DNA of 64,000 bases from Nostoc sp. Its GTDB lineage: Bacteria; Cyanobacteriota; Cyanobacteriia; Cyanobacteriales; Nostocaceae. Every line of letters starts with the position of its first letter. Positions within the stretch are counted from its first letter, which is position 1. The notes beneath the pieces are model-generated. The model was not told the DNA's origin. It searched no databases and was given only the letters and a program-made list of their open reading frames with translations. The stretch lies in contig JBALDB010000053.1 of the NCBI GenBank assembly GCA_036918135.1, forward strand, positions 160,001 through 224,000, given 5' to 3'. Both the position numbers and the translations under genes were made by a program. Below, piece by piece: positions 40,112-51,015 of this stretch.

Positions 40112-43100
40112 CTAGAGTATGCCGTCACAAAGATGGCGATCGCGCTGTTCAAGATTGTGGTTGTGCTTGAGGTAATCATGTACCCACTGGCAACCACGAA
40201 CAACTAAATCATCAAGGTCTAAATTCCAAAGAATTATTGTGTTGTCATCACTAGCTGATGCTAGTGTTTGACCATCTGGGCTAAAGCTGACGCTTAATAC
40301 TGGAGCGCGATGCCCATTGAGACTTTTAATTAATTTGCCTTCACGGCTCCAGAGTTTCACTGTACCGTCCCAACTGGCAGCAGCGAGTAATTTCCCATTG
40401 GGACTGAAAGTTACGGCATTGACGCTATCGCTGTAGCCCTTTAACAAGGTTTTTAGCAATGTACCATCCCGTCGCCAAAGTCTAACGGTGTTGTCCCAGC
40501 TGGCAGATGCCAACAACTCGTCAGTAGGACTAAAGCTGACACCCAATACCCAGCTGTCATGAGGCGAAAATGTTTTGAGCAAAGTACCGTCTCGCCGCCA
40601 CAATTTGACTGTTTGATCGTCACTAGCAGAAGCTAAAACCTGATTATCAGGGCTGAAATTCACGCTATTTACCCAACCTTGATGCCCTACCAAGGTTTTG
40701 AGCAACTTGCCTTGACGATTCCAGAGTTTTATCGTTTTATCTTTGCTAGCTGATGCCAAAAACTCGCCATCTGGGCTGAAATTCACGCTCATCACACTAT
40801 CGCTATGTCCGTGGAGAGTCACGATTAAAGTACCGTCAAGCCGCCAAAGTTTCACAGTTTTGTCATAACTTCCTGAAGCTAGCATTTCACCTTTGGGGTC
40901 AAAACTGACACTAGGAACTTTATCTGTGTGCCCCACTAAGGTTTTGTAGAGTCTGGTTTTAACCTCGCCATTACTAGTGTCTCTTTGCCAGAGTTTGACA
41001 GTGCGATCGCTACTCCCAGAAGCTAGCATCTGGCCATGAGGACTCCAAGCAACGCTCAAAACTCGATCCTGATGTCCTTGAAGAATAGATGGTCTTGGGG
41101 CATCTAAACTCCACAATTTCACGTTTTTGTCAAAACTCCCCGAAGCCAGCAATTTATTATTAGGACTGAAAGCTACGCTGGCAACAGCATCATTGTGTCC
41201 TTTGAAGGTTTTCAGTAAACTGCCAGTAATACTCCAAAGGTTTATGGTGTTATCTTCACTTCCAGAAGCTAATTTTTTCCCATCGAAACTAAAGCTTAAA
41301 CTCCACACTGTGCTGGTATGCTGTTGTAAAGTTTTGTAAGGAAAAAAGTCAAAACCATTTTTATTGGTGTTTTCTTCGCGCCGCCAAAGTTTCACTGTTT
41401 TGTCTCGACCTGCGGATGCCAACAGTTTACCGTCAGGGCTGAAAGTCACAACAGTTACACCCTGCTGATGTCCGTGCAAAGTTGTAACCAAGCTGCCATC
41501 CCGTCTCCAGATTTTCACTGTTTTATCGTCACTTGCGGAAGCGATGAACTGACCATCAGGACTGAAGCTTACCCAGTTAACCCAGCCGTGATGTCCCCTG
41601 AGTATTTTTACTAAGCTACCGTCTTGACGCCAGAGTTTTATGGTTGCATCTTTACTGCCGGTAGCTAATAATTGGCCATCAGGACTGAAATTAACGCTGT
41701 AAACCCAATCTCCATGTCCTTTTAAGGTTTTATCTGGGTGGGGGTAAAATTCACCTGTAATCGGGTTTTGCCGCCAGATTTGCACTGTTTTATCAAGACT
41801 AGCTGAGGCTAGGGTTTGACCATCTGGGCTGAAGCTGACGGCGGTTACCCCGTCAGTATGACCTTTGAGAGTCTGGAGTAAGGTACCGTCAGGACGCCAA
41901 AGTTTCACTGTCCGATCTTGACTCCCTGATGCTAGCAACTGACCATCTGGGCTGAAAGTTATTCCCCAGACAATCTCTGTGTGCCCTTGTAAACGGTTGA
42001 CCTCCGTTACTCCATAAACTGCTTGTTGGAGGGCTGTCACTACCCGCATTCGGGTGTCTGGTTGCACGAGTTCTGCCTTTTTAAGTCGTCTCCAAGCCCG
42101 TAAACTTTCTAATAAAGCATCAAATTCTTTATTAGAGGCAAATAAAGCTTCGCTAGCAGCGGCGATCGCACTAATTTTCAAGTTGGTTTCACTGCGTTCA
42201 GCTCGTAAAGTCTGGCGAACTGCTGCTGTTTTTTGTAAGTCAGCTTGCCACCATAATGCTGCTATTGTTCCTCCCATGATTGCCAGCACTACGCCTGCTA
42301 TACGTGCTTCTCTTAACCGCTTTTGTAAAACTAAATTGAGTTGCTGTTGACTAAGTTTTTGAGCTACTTCTGCTTTAGTTTTTTCCAGTTTGATTTTTTC
42401 TAGTTCGGCGATAATACCATAGTTGTTCTTTTGCCGAATTGGTTCGACTAAATAATCGTGAACTAATTGGTAGCGGTCACCTAACTCTTCTCTGACTCGT
42501 AACACCAACCCCGAACCTACCAATATTTCTAAAATTAGTTCCTCAACTATTTCAAAACCTGATATTGTCTCGATATCATGATTATTAACTAATGCAGCAG
42601 CTAAATCAGTTTTAGTTTTTAATGGTCGCGTGCCTTTTTCATCGGTTAACTCAAATAATAATTTCCAACTTAATTTTTCGTTTTCCTGACCGCAGTCTTT
42701 GATAACTTCTCCAAGCCAGCGTTCTACCAATTTTGTCCAGCCACCACAAAGCTTATATTGTCCGAGTGTGGTAATATTTTCTATTTCCAGTTGAGCGCCG
42801 ACTATTTGTAATTCAATTGGATGTACTTCCTCTAGTTCTCCTGTCAAATCTTGGACTAATCGATTAATTAATTCATCACTTAGTTCATAATGTGAACGTT
42901 GAGTTAAACTATGAATTATCGCTTTGGCATCTTGGCTAGAAAATTTTCCTAAGTAGTAACGAATATCCTTATCTAGAATATTTTGATTAATTACTCCTAA
43001 ATTATATATATTACTAATATTTTTCTGACTCAATCGTTCAAATTCTAATAAATAATGTAAATAGTCTTCTCGCAATGAAAGAATAATTTTGACAAAAGGG

Positions 43101-45118
43101 ATATTTAGACATTCACTAAAAAATTTATAAAATTCTATTCTTTGTGTTCCAGGGTTACTAACAAAGAAAAACTCTTCAAACTGGTCTAGGATTAGAATTA
43201 TTGTATGATTGCGCTCAGTTGCTAATCGAATGCGATCGAGGAGTAGAGTAGGTGTAGAGTTGAGATTAACTAATATTCCTGTGTGTACCAATGCTTGGTT
43301 GATACTGCTTACCAAAACTGTTAACCAATCAGTATAAACAGACAAAACAATAGGTATAGGAATGCGATCGCCGATAGCTTTTCCCTTCAAAGCTGGTACT
43401 AAACCAGCTTTCAAAATTGAACTCTTTCCTACACCTGATTGTCCATAAATTACTGTAAGTTTGTAGTCAGCACGACTAATTCTTTCAATTAAGCGGTTGA
43501 CATCTTGTTGTCTTCCGGAAGCAGATATTTCTTGGGCAACTTCCTCAGGAATAAACGGTATTTTTTCCGGTTCTAATACTGAGTTAATTTTGGAGCGTTG
43601 GGGCTGCAATTGACTGGCACCAATGAAAGCACGAAAGCCATACTGATGTTCTATTTGAATTTTTTCTTGTTTGAGCTTAAAGGCTTCTGTATAGTTATGA
43701 CGCTCAAAAAAGTAAAGCGATCGCAATTCTTCTAAAATCTCTAAATAAAGTGATGGCTGATGTTGTAGCTCACAGACTACCCTCGCCCATTCCAAGCTAT
43801 TGATTGCTTCTTCCCACTCACCTAAATGCCGTTGTGTACGTGCTAGTAAGAGAAGATACCAACTTTCTTGTCTTCGGCAAACTTCTGTTGCTGCTTCACA
43901 AATAGAAAGTGCTGTATTCACTAATTCATGAGCCAGTACCCAATTCGACTCAGAAGCCGCTACATTTGCTAAAAAACCATAATTTCGAGCAATTTGTGCT
44001 GGAGTTCCATAAGTTTTATATAGCTCTAATGACTTTTGAGCTAATTGTTTCAATTCATCCCAAGCTTGTAAACGTTGCAGTATTTCACAAACAGGTGAAA
44101 TAAATTTAGCAACTAAATCTTCTCTTTCTACCTGTTCCAAGATTTCCAAGCATTGTTTAAACCATGAAAGAGCATGTTCGCAATAGCTACTATTAGCATT
44201 GTGGTTTAAATCTGCCATCCGGCGGTAACACAGCCCCAGGTGAAATAGTACTATTGCTTGCTTGAGTAAAGATGAGGGAGACGATGGGCATGAGGGGGAC
44301 AAGTGTAATTGTTCGCTGATTTTCCCCACTTTCCCGCTTTCCAAATCTGCTACTCTTCTTGTTTCCTGTTGCCACAATGCTAGGCTTTTTTGATAGTTAG
44401 CTAAAGCACCATTAATTTGATCGTTAGCGTATTTGTCTCGCCCCAAAACAAACTCTAAACTTGCTTCTAATCCTGGTGTTAATTGAATCCCATACAAGCG
44501 CAGCAAATCATTACGTGCTGATTCTATTTCATGGCGGTGTTGAGATTTGGGATCTAAATCGAGAGAAGCATTAGATAAAAATGTTTCGGCACCTGCTTCT
44601 AAAACTTTGGCAAATAAAGATTCTGCTTCTTGATGTATTAAAGCAATTAAATCTATTTTTGCCATTTCAAATTTAATAGTGGTTGCAGCCCAGCTTTTAA
44701 AATCAGGGGCTAATCTAGAAAGCAATGACGCTACTTCATCTTGTAGCCATAATACTACTGGAAATGGAAAAGTTGCGGCATAGATATCTCGTGCTTGGTT
44801 AATACCTGTAAGTAAGTTTTCCAGGTCGTTAATAGACTCAATACCGAAAACCATAATAGCTGATGGCAAAGAGTCTGTAACAACAACAGGATTATCTAGA
44901 AATAGTTCTGAAACTATTGTGTTGTGTAAAGAAGTAGTTGAGGGATTGAGAACGATTTCTTTGATATTGATGTCTTTGGTGATGGAGCGAATATTTTCTA
45001 ACATTTGCTCCCGTAATTGCCCATAATTACACCGAACTAAAATAAGGGCAAATTGACCTTCCGAGAGGGCGATCGCTCTCATCAGTCTTTGCAAAGTATG
45101 CTGATTTTCTTTGGTCAT
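40112..45118 (-). CDS. Multidomain STAND-type NTPase with TPR-like region, TM helix and about 14 WD40 repeats
   Basis: GQSGVGKSS Walker A, ILDQFEEFF Walker B, LREDYL, YQLVHDYL (nSTAND1-like); TM IAGVVLAIMGGTIAALWW; many GH...V..V.FSPDG..LAS.S.D.TVKLW repeats. Confidence 0.92.
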   Translation of the reverse strand: MTKENQHTLQRLMRAIALSEGQFALILVRCNYGQLREQMLENIRSITKDINIKEIVLNPSTTSLHNTIVSELFLDNPVVVTDSLPSAIMVFGIESINDLENLLTGINQARDIYAATFPFPVVLWLQDEVASLLSRLAPDFKSWAATTIKFEMAKIDLIALIHQEAESLFAKVLEAGAETFLSNASLDLDPKSQHRHEIESARNDLLRLYGIQLTPGLEASLEFVLGRDKYANDQINGALANYQKSLALWQQETRRVADLESGKVGKISEQLHLSPSCPSSPSSLLKQAIVLFHLGLCYRRMADLNHNANSSYCEHALSWFKQCLEILEQVEREDLVAKFISPVCEILQRLQAWDELKQLAQKSLELYKTYGTPAQIARNYGFLANVAASESNWVLAHELVNTALSICEAATEVCRRQESWYLLLLARTQRHLGEWEEAINSLEWARVVCELQHQPSLYLEILEELRSLYFFERHNYTEAFKLKQEKIQIEHQYGFRAFIGASQLQPQRSKINSVLEPEKIPFIPEEVAQEISASGRQQDVNRLIERISRADYKLTVIYGQSGVGKSSILKAGLVPALKGKAIGDRIPIPIVLSVYTDWLTVLVSSINQALVHTGILVNLNSTPTLLLDRIRLATERNHTIILILDQFEEFFFVSNPGTQRIEFYKFFSECLNIPFVKIILSLREDYLHYLLEFERLSQKNISNIYNLGVINQNILDKDIRYYLGKFSSQDAKAIIHSLTQRSHYELSDELINRLVQDLTGELEEVHPIELQIVGAQLEIENITTLGQYKLCGGWTKLVERWLGEVIKDCGQENEKLSWKLLFELTDEKGTRPLKTKTDLAAALVNNHDIETISGFEIVEELILEILVGSGLVLRVREELGDRYQLVHDYLVEPIRQKNNYGIIAELEKIKLEKTKAEVAQKLSQQQLNLVLQKRLREARIAGVVLAIMGGTIAALWWQADLQKTAAVRQTLRAERSETNLKISAIAAASEALFASNKEFDALLESLRAWRRLKKAELVQPDTRMRVVTALQQAVYGVTEVNRLQGHTEIVWGITFSPDGQLLASGSQDRTVKLWRPDGTLLQTLKGHTDGVTAVSFSPDGQTLASASLDKTVQIWRQNPITGEFYPHPDKTLKGHGDWVYSVNFSPDGQLLATGSKDATIKLWRQDGSLVKILRGHHGWVNWVSFSPDGQFIASASDDKTVKIWRRDGSLVTTLHGHQQGVTVVTFSPDGKLLASAGRDKTVKLWRREENTNKNGFDFFPYKTLQQHTSTVWSLSFSFDGKKLASGSEDNTINLWSITGSLLKTFKGHNDAVASVAFSPNNKLLASGSFDKNVKLWSLDAPRPSILQGHQDRVLSVAWSPHGQMLASGSSDRTVKLWQRDTSNGEVKTRLYKTLVGHTDKVPSVSFDPKGEMLASGSYDKTVKLWRLDGTLIVTLHGHSDSVMSVNFSPDGEFLASASKDKTIKLWNRQGKLLKTLVGHQGWVNSVNFSPDNQVLASASDDQTVKLWRRDGTLLKTFSPHDSWVLGVSFSPTDELLASASWDNTVRLWRRDGTLLKTLLKGYSDSVNAVTFSPNGKLLAAASWDGTVKLWSREGKLIKSLNGHRAPVLSVSFSPDGQTLASASDDNTIILWNLDLDDLVVRGCQWVHDYLKHNHNLEQRDRHLCDGIL

Positions 45119-45299
45119 TTGGCATTAGGTATGGGGCATTGGGCATGGGGGGATGAGGAGATGGGGAGACAAGGGGACAAGGGGACAAGGGGACAAGCAG
45201 AATAACTCCTCAGTCAACAGTCAATAGTCAGCACTCCCAATGACCAATGACTAATGACTAATGACTAATGACTAATCACAATTAACTTACCCAACACTG

Positions 45300-46631
45300 T
45301 TATTTGTTTTGTTGCCAAGTCAAAACTTTTTCTGTTTCTGCTAAGGCCGGACTGATACCAAACCATCGCCCCACAGGATCGCGATATTCAAACAGATACA
45401 TGCTTCGTAGTAAACTTTGGTAGTCAGACTCGCCTTTAACTCTTTGCTGTTGCACTACTTCAAACAATAATTCCCATTGGGATTCGTCAATAGCTAATAG
45501 CAGATCGTCGCGGTAGTCTTTAATCACAGCTTCTAAGCACTCACTAGAAAAAGGTGGATCTTCCCGTTGCAGGCAGCTATAAAGCAAACCCAATAAGTTA
45601 CGAATGTGACCGCCACTAACACGACATAAACGATCCAAGGTTTGGGAGTTATCGAATAATTCTGTAATTAGTGACAGTCTTGCATTCAAAGGAACTTCTG
45701 GAAAAGCTCTTGCTAAGACTAACTGGCGCACCAGTGACATTCCTGGTTCGTAGTCGCTACCATCTCTTTGCCGCACCAGCACCATTGGCAGAACTTTAGG
45801 CGCAATCCCTCCCCCCAAACGATTTTTCAGTGTTTCGTACTCATTAGAAAAAATTAATGCCAAAGGAATTGTGTAAACTAGGTGGCATTTGAGTCGGCGT
45901 AACTGTTCGCCTCGGTCGATAAACAGGTACTCTGGTTGCGATCGCCCGGATGCTAAGGGACGCATATCCACTCGATCCAAGTTATCTACAATTACTACTA
46001 ACCCTTTTTGACCCCGCAGCTTTAGCTGATTAACAGCTTTTTCTAAAATTTCTTCGTTAATTGCTTGCAAAATACTGTTAGTGCGTGGTTCCAGATATTG
46101 CCTCAGTTGATTACGCAACTGGTTACTATCTTTGGTTTTGGCAGTAATTTTAGCAATCCCTAAGGACAACTCTGCTTCTGCTGAAAGCTCTATGGGACTT
46201 TGCAAAAAATCCCCTACTTCTTTAAACAAATTGTTAAAGTAACCAGGTTTAAGTTTGATACCAATTGTTTCTAAACTAACACTTACTTGACGGGCTACAC
46301 TCAGCAAAATATCGCTGACATCAATATCCGCCATGTCTAAGTCTTGACTGGACTCAAAATAAACGACATGAAATCCCGCTAATTCTAGTTCTGTTTTCAG
46401 GCGTTGCAATTCCGTCGATTTACCGCAGCCAATGTGACCTGTAAATAACTGGCACGTTGGCTCATCCGGAGAAATACGGCAGATTGTCCGTTGCAATTCT
46501 TCAACAATCTTGCAACCGCGTACATCAGCAAAATCTATGTAATACTGCCGATCCAGCACGTTACTTACATTTAATGTGTAGCTTGGATTACATGCTTTAT
46601 AGAAACGTGACAAATTTAATGTCGTTTTCAT
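45300..46631 (-). CDS. P-loop NTPase, partner of the downstream STAND/WD40 gene
   Basis: FTGHIGCGKSTEL Walker A, VVIVDNLDRV Walker B, SGGHIRNL. Confidence 0.88.
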   Translation of the reverse strand: MKTTLNLSRFYKACNPSYTLNVSNVLDRQYYIDFADVRGCKIVEELQRTICRISPDEPTCQLFTGHIGCGKSTELQRLKTELELAGFHVVYFESSQDLDMADIDVSDILLSVARQVSVSLETIGIKLKPGYFNNLFKEVGDFLQSPIELSAEAELSLGIAKITAKTKDSNQLRNQLRQYLEPRTNSILQAINEEILEKAVNQLKLRGQKGLVVIVDNLDRVDMRPLASGRSQPEYLFIDRGEQLRRLKCHLVYTIPLALIFSNEYETLKNRLGGGIAPKVLPMVLVRQRDGSDYEPGMSLVRQLVLARAFPEVPLNARLSLITELFDNSQTLDRLCRVSGGHIRNLLGLLYSCLQREDPPFSSECLEAVIKDYRDDLLLAIDESQWELLFEVVQQQRVKGESDYQSLLRSMYLFEYRDPVGRWFGISPALAETEKVLTWQQNK

Positions 46632-46666
46632 GTATGTAGATGTGTATGTAGATGTGTATGTAGATG
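46631..46666. repeat. 12-bp tandem repeat x3 abutting the NTPase start codon
   Basis: TGTATGTAGATG occurs three times in tandem. Confidence 0.9.
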
Positions 46667-47406
46667 CAATTTAATTTGTATGTTTTTATACAGATAATCT
46701 CTAACCTACATTTACGCACACGCTTGATTTGCAAGTTGGTGTGTCTTGCAAAGGATAACACTCGTTGCAGAATCGCTACGAGTATTTGTCAGTATGTGGT
46801 AGAGATTTAATTGACCCTAATAACGTTAATCATATCTGTCCTTTTTACACCTGCTACTGAGGTTTTGACAATCTCTAGCTTTTGCTTGACCAGAAGAAGA
46901 CAAGCCCAGAGCGAGGTAGGAGTTGGGGTAAGAGTTTTTCCCTTGTCTGTTTGTCCTGTTCGTTAATTTGGCACGAATCTTTCTGTCTAAGTTGGTAAGT
47001 AAAAAAAATTACTAAAGTGAATGATTCTCAGTTGGTATAGCTGATGAGGTAGGACTGGTATGAATTATAGCAAGCTACACAGAGATTATGTAATACTTCT
47101 TTATCATTTCATATTGTATTTGTCAATCAAACAAAATTATGAATATCTAAATTAATATTTTGTAACCATTAGAAAAAAAGTTTAATGAAAACTTGTTAAA
47201 AAGACTACAGTTAGTTAAAAATGAACACTGGAAACTTTAATTACAACAATCATTAGCGCCACGATTTTTATGTAGTTACTGTAAAGTATTACTAAAAATA
47301 AAAAAGTCCTGAGCAGAGCGGCTAACAGATGCCGACAGTGTTTACTGAAATTAATAATGATACAAATACATCAAGGAATTTGGACTGCAAGGAAAAAGAG
47401 GTTTGA

Positions 47407-48261
47407 ATGGCTGGCATAATATCAATTTCCCGCACGGATCTAGCCCAGCGTCGTAAAAAATTGCGTCGGCAACGGCAGATAAAAATTATTCAGGCTTTTT
47501 GGCGAACCTTTGCCATTACTAGTTTGGCAAGTGGATTGCTATGGGTGACAGTCCAACCAGTGTGGGTGCTGAAAGCTCCTAAACAAATAGTGATGAAATC
47601 AGGCAATAAATTACTCTCTGATGAGACAACTCGATCGCTGTTAGTGCTATCTTATCCTCAGTCTTTGTGGCGAATTGAACCGTCGGCGATCGCCAACTCT
47701 TTGAAGAAACAACCAACTATTGCCAATGCGATAGTTAGACGCCGCCTATTTCCTCCTGGTCTAATCATTGACATCCAAGAACGAGTACCTGTAGCGGTGA
47801 CTCAAACACCAACAGTGCAAAATCAAGGCACTGGTAGCAAAAAAGTAACTATCGGCTTATTAGATGCAAATGGAGTTTGGATACCTTTAGAAAAATACAC
47901 ATCACTCAATCCCAACATAAAGTTACCCAATCTGAGAGTGATTGGATTGCCAAAACAATACTGCCTCTATTGGACTCAACTTCATCAAGCTGTCAGCCAA
48001 AGTCCAGTAAAAGTGATGCAAATTGATTGTCAAAATCCAACGAATTTAATTTTGAAAACAGAACTAGGAAATGTACATCTTGGCACTCCAAGTCCCCAGT
48101 TACCCGAACAAATCAAGGTACTAGCCCAAATGCGCCATTTAACAGCAAAACTCAATTCTAGCCAAATAGAGTATATTGATTTGAAAAATCCCGAATTTCC
48201 ATTAGTACAAATGAACCAAAAAAATTCCAAATTAAATCCTAAAATCCCTCGAAATATTTAA
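47407..48261 (+). CDS. ftsQ: Cell division protein FtsQ
   Basis: Basic N-terminus, single TM, POTRA region (R.LFPPGLII.IQER.PVA), YIDL.NP; upstream of ftsZ. Confidence 0.9.
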   Translation: MAGIISISRTDLAQRRKKLRRQRQIKIIQAFWRTFAITSLASGLLWVTVQPVWVLKAPKQIVMKSGNKLLSDETTRSLLVLSYPQSLWRIEPSAIANSLKKQPTIANAIVRRRLFPPGLIIDIQERVPVAVTQTPTVQNQGTGSKKVTIGLLDANGVWIPLEKYTSLNPNIKLPNLRVIGLPKQYCLYWTQLHQAVSQSPVKVMQIDCQNPTNLILKTELGNVHLGTPSPQLPEQIKVLAQMRHLTAKLNSSQIEYIDLKNPEFPLVQMNQKNSKLNPKIPRNI

Positions 48262-49390
48262 GCTGTTTCATCTATTGAACGCTGCTAGTGAATTAAGAAG
48301 CTTTATGCTGATAAATATATTTATTTATTTTTAGCTTTCTGGCAAATTACAAGAAAATCGGCATTAACTTCTAATTAAAATGAGAAGATCGAACATAAAA
48401 TCTCCCTTGGAATAAAAGACCCCCAATTGTCACCCTAACATCTATCTGGTGGGGTGCAAGATGCCGGACAATCTAATAATGGCCTATGTTTGCCCATACA
48501 TTCTTCGACTGAACCGAGTACGGAAAGGAGAAAAATGTTTGAGTTTTTCATTAAAATCTGACTCAGGAGCAGAGGATACTGATGGCAACGGTTGACGTCA
48601 CCATCCAAGTGCAGGGCTAAAAACACTTTAGCTTTGGTTTGTCAAGGACACTTTGGAATTGGGCATTGGGGAGCCAGTGCGCTTTTGTGGCAATGTCCGA
48701 CTTATACTCCTACAAAGAAGCAAAGCTGGGCGTAGCGTCTTTGACAACACAAGCAACTGGCGTCATTAGACATTGCAAAGTGCAACTTATAGAGTCTGTT
48801 GCAATAGACTATTGCTGCAACAAAGTGTCCATTAAGACTCCCCAAATAACAAATTGATCAGGTATAGTCTGACAAGCAAATTATTCTTTACTTCCGTCTC
48901 AACGATAAGTAAGTATCAGGTAAATTTTGTGTCTTAAGTTGCAATTATCCCAATGGCGAAATCTATTAACAATATTATTAAGGCAGATAAGATCCTCTGT
49001 GGCGTGTCTTTACAAGTTATGCCATCCCCTGAAGAAAGTGAAGAGATTAATGTCTGGTCAAAGTTATACAGAAGACATTTAGATACATGTAGGTATTTAA
49101 ATATATTCAAGGTAATTATCCAAAAATTAGTGTTGCTCAAACATATGTGTAGTAGTCTGGCTAGATTTGACTACGTAAGAGCCAATTATACTTCTGTACA
49201 ATTCGCTGTGCGATCGCCCGCCCCAAAAGCTTATCCCAAAGTAAATTTTAGTACAGCGAATTCTGTTAGGCTTGGCAGTAGTGAAAACAATAAAAAACAC
49301 TGCCACAATGTTATGGCAGCGTCAAACTATAGTTGACTCCTAGTTGAATAACACCCCCAAAAAGTCGTTTATCTACCTCTGACAAATCCA

Positions 49391-50701
49391 ATGACACTTG
49401 ATAATAACCAAGGACTTACTTATAGAGATTCCCAATCTACCGGACAGCCCGGCTTCTCTGTGTCGGTTAACTCGACCAATCCCTTTAATAACTCTGGGAT
49501 AAACTTTGGACAAAATCACGAAAATAAGAAGATTTCTCCAGAAAACAACCGAATTGGTGAGATTGTCCCCGGTCGCGTTGCCAACATTAAAGTGATTGGT
49601 GTCGGTGGCGGTGGCGGCAATGCTGTTAACCGCATGATAGAATCTGATGTCTCTGGTGTAGAGTTTTGGTCAATTAACACTGATGCCCAAGCTCTGACCT
49701 TAGCTGGCGCTCCCAGCCGATTGCAAATCGGACAGAAGCTAACGCGGGGTTTAGGAGCAGGTGGTAATCCAGCCATTGGTCAAAAGGCGGCTGAGGAATC
49801 ACGAGACGAAATTGCCACGGCTTTAGAGGGTGCAGATTTAGTATTTATCACTGCTGGTATGGGCGGCGGTACTGGAACAGGTGCAGCCCCGATTGTCGCA
49901 GAAGTAGCCAAAGAAATGGGCGCTTTGACTGTTGGTGTGGTTACACGTCCATTTGTTTTTGAGGGACGCCGCCGCACTAGCCAAGCAGAACAAGGTATTG
50001 AAGGACTAAAAAGTAGGGTAGATACGCTGATTATTATTCCCAATAACAAACTACTGGAAGTGATCCCCGAACAAACCCCCGTGCAAGAAGCTTTTCGCTA
50101 TGCAGATGATGTCCTGCGTCAAGGGGTACAGGGAATTTCTGATATCATTACGATCCCAGGTTTGGTAAACGTTGACTTTGCCGATGTTCGAGCTGTAATG
50201 GCAGATGCAGGATCGGCATTGATGGGAATTGGCGTTAGCTCTGGAAAATCTAGAGCTAGAGAAGCTGCGATCGCAGCTATTTCTTCGCCTTTATTAGAAT
50301 GTTCCATCGAAGGTGCTAGAGGTGTTGTCTTTAATATTACTGGTGGTACTGACCTGACTTTGCATGAAGTGAATGCTGCCGCAGAAGCAATCTATGAAGT
50401 AGTCGATCCCAATGCAAATATTATTTTTGGTGCTGTAATTGATGACAGGCTCCAAGGTGAGGTAAGAATTACTGTAATTGCTACCGGGTTTACAGGTGAA
50501 GTACAAACAGCACCACAACAAAGCGTGGCCAACGTTCGGGTAGCACCTAATACTCCCAAGCGACCAGCAACACAGCAACCCACAGTTAATCCTCCAGCCC
50601 CAACTCCAACGCCAACTCCAACCCCAATTCCAGAGCCAAAAGAAAAATCTGGATTGGATATCCCTGATTTTCTGAAAAACCGACGTACACCACGAAATTA
50701 A
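49391..50701 (+). CDS. ftsZ: Cell division protein FtsZ
   Basis: [19 protein letters not shown] tubulin motif, C-terminal LDIPDFL. Confidence 0.99.
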   Translation: MTLDNNQGLTYRDSQSTGQPGFSVSVNSTNPFNNSGINFGQNHENKKISPENNRIGEIVPGRVANIKVIGVGGGGGNAVNRMIESDVSGVEFWSINTDAQALTLAGAPSRLQIGQKLTRGLGAGGNPAIGQKAAEESRDEIATALEGADLVFITAGMGGGTGTGAAPIVAEVAKEMGALTVGVVTRPFVFEGRRRTSQAEQGIEGLKSRVDTLIIIPNNKLLEVIPEQTPVQEAFRYADDVLRQGVQGISDIITIPGLVNVDFADVRAVMADAGSALMGIGVSSGKSRAREAAIAAISSPLLECSIEGARGVVFNITGGTDLTLHEVNAAAEAIYEVVDPNANIIFGAVIDDRLQGEVRITVIATGFTGEVQTAPQQSVANVRVAPNTPKRPATQQPTVNPPAPTPTPTPTPIPEPKEKSGLDIPDFLKNRRTPRN

Positions 50702-51015
50702 TCAATTTTGAATTTGAGATTTGAAATTCAGTTTGTATTCTCAGGTAAGACTGAGTGCTGTATAAAAGGAAGCTAGTTTCAGGGTTTTACCAAGGGCAGA
50801 AGTAAGTAATTATATTGCCATTCCTAATTTTGCTAATTGGTAAACAAACTTCTCAACATTACTTACAAAATAAACTTGGGCAGGAGTCCGCTGACTCCCA
50901 TGTCTAACTGTGTTTTTGTCAAAAAAAACAGGAAGACTTGCTCGATTTAGGATGCGATGCGATCGCTACATCTACCCCTGCGATCCATTTAACTTAGTAG
51001 ATATATTTATTTAGA

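Noticed and set aside
48953..49336. 127-aa ORF upstream of ftsZ
   Set aside because: No recognisable motif and an atypical Cys-rich composition; probably a chance ORF in the ftsZ promoter region, though not excluded.
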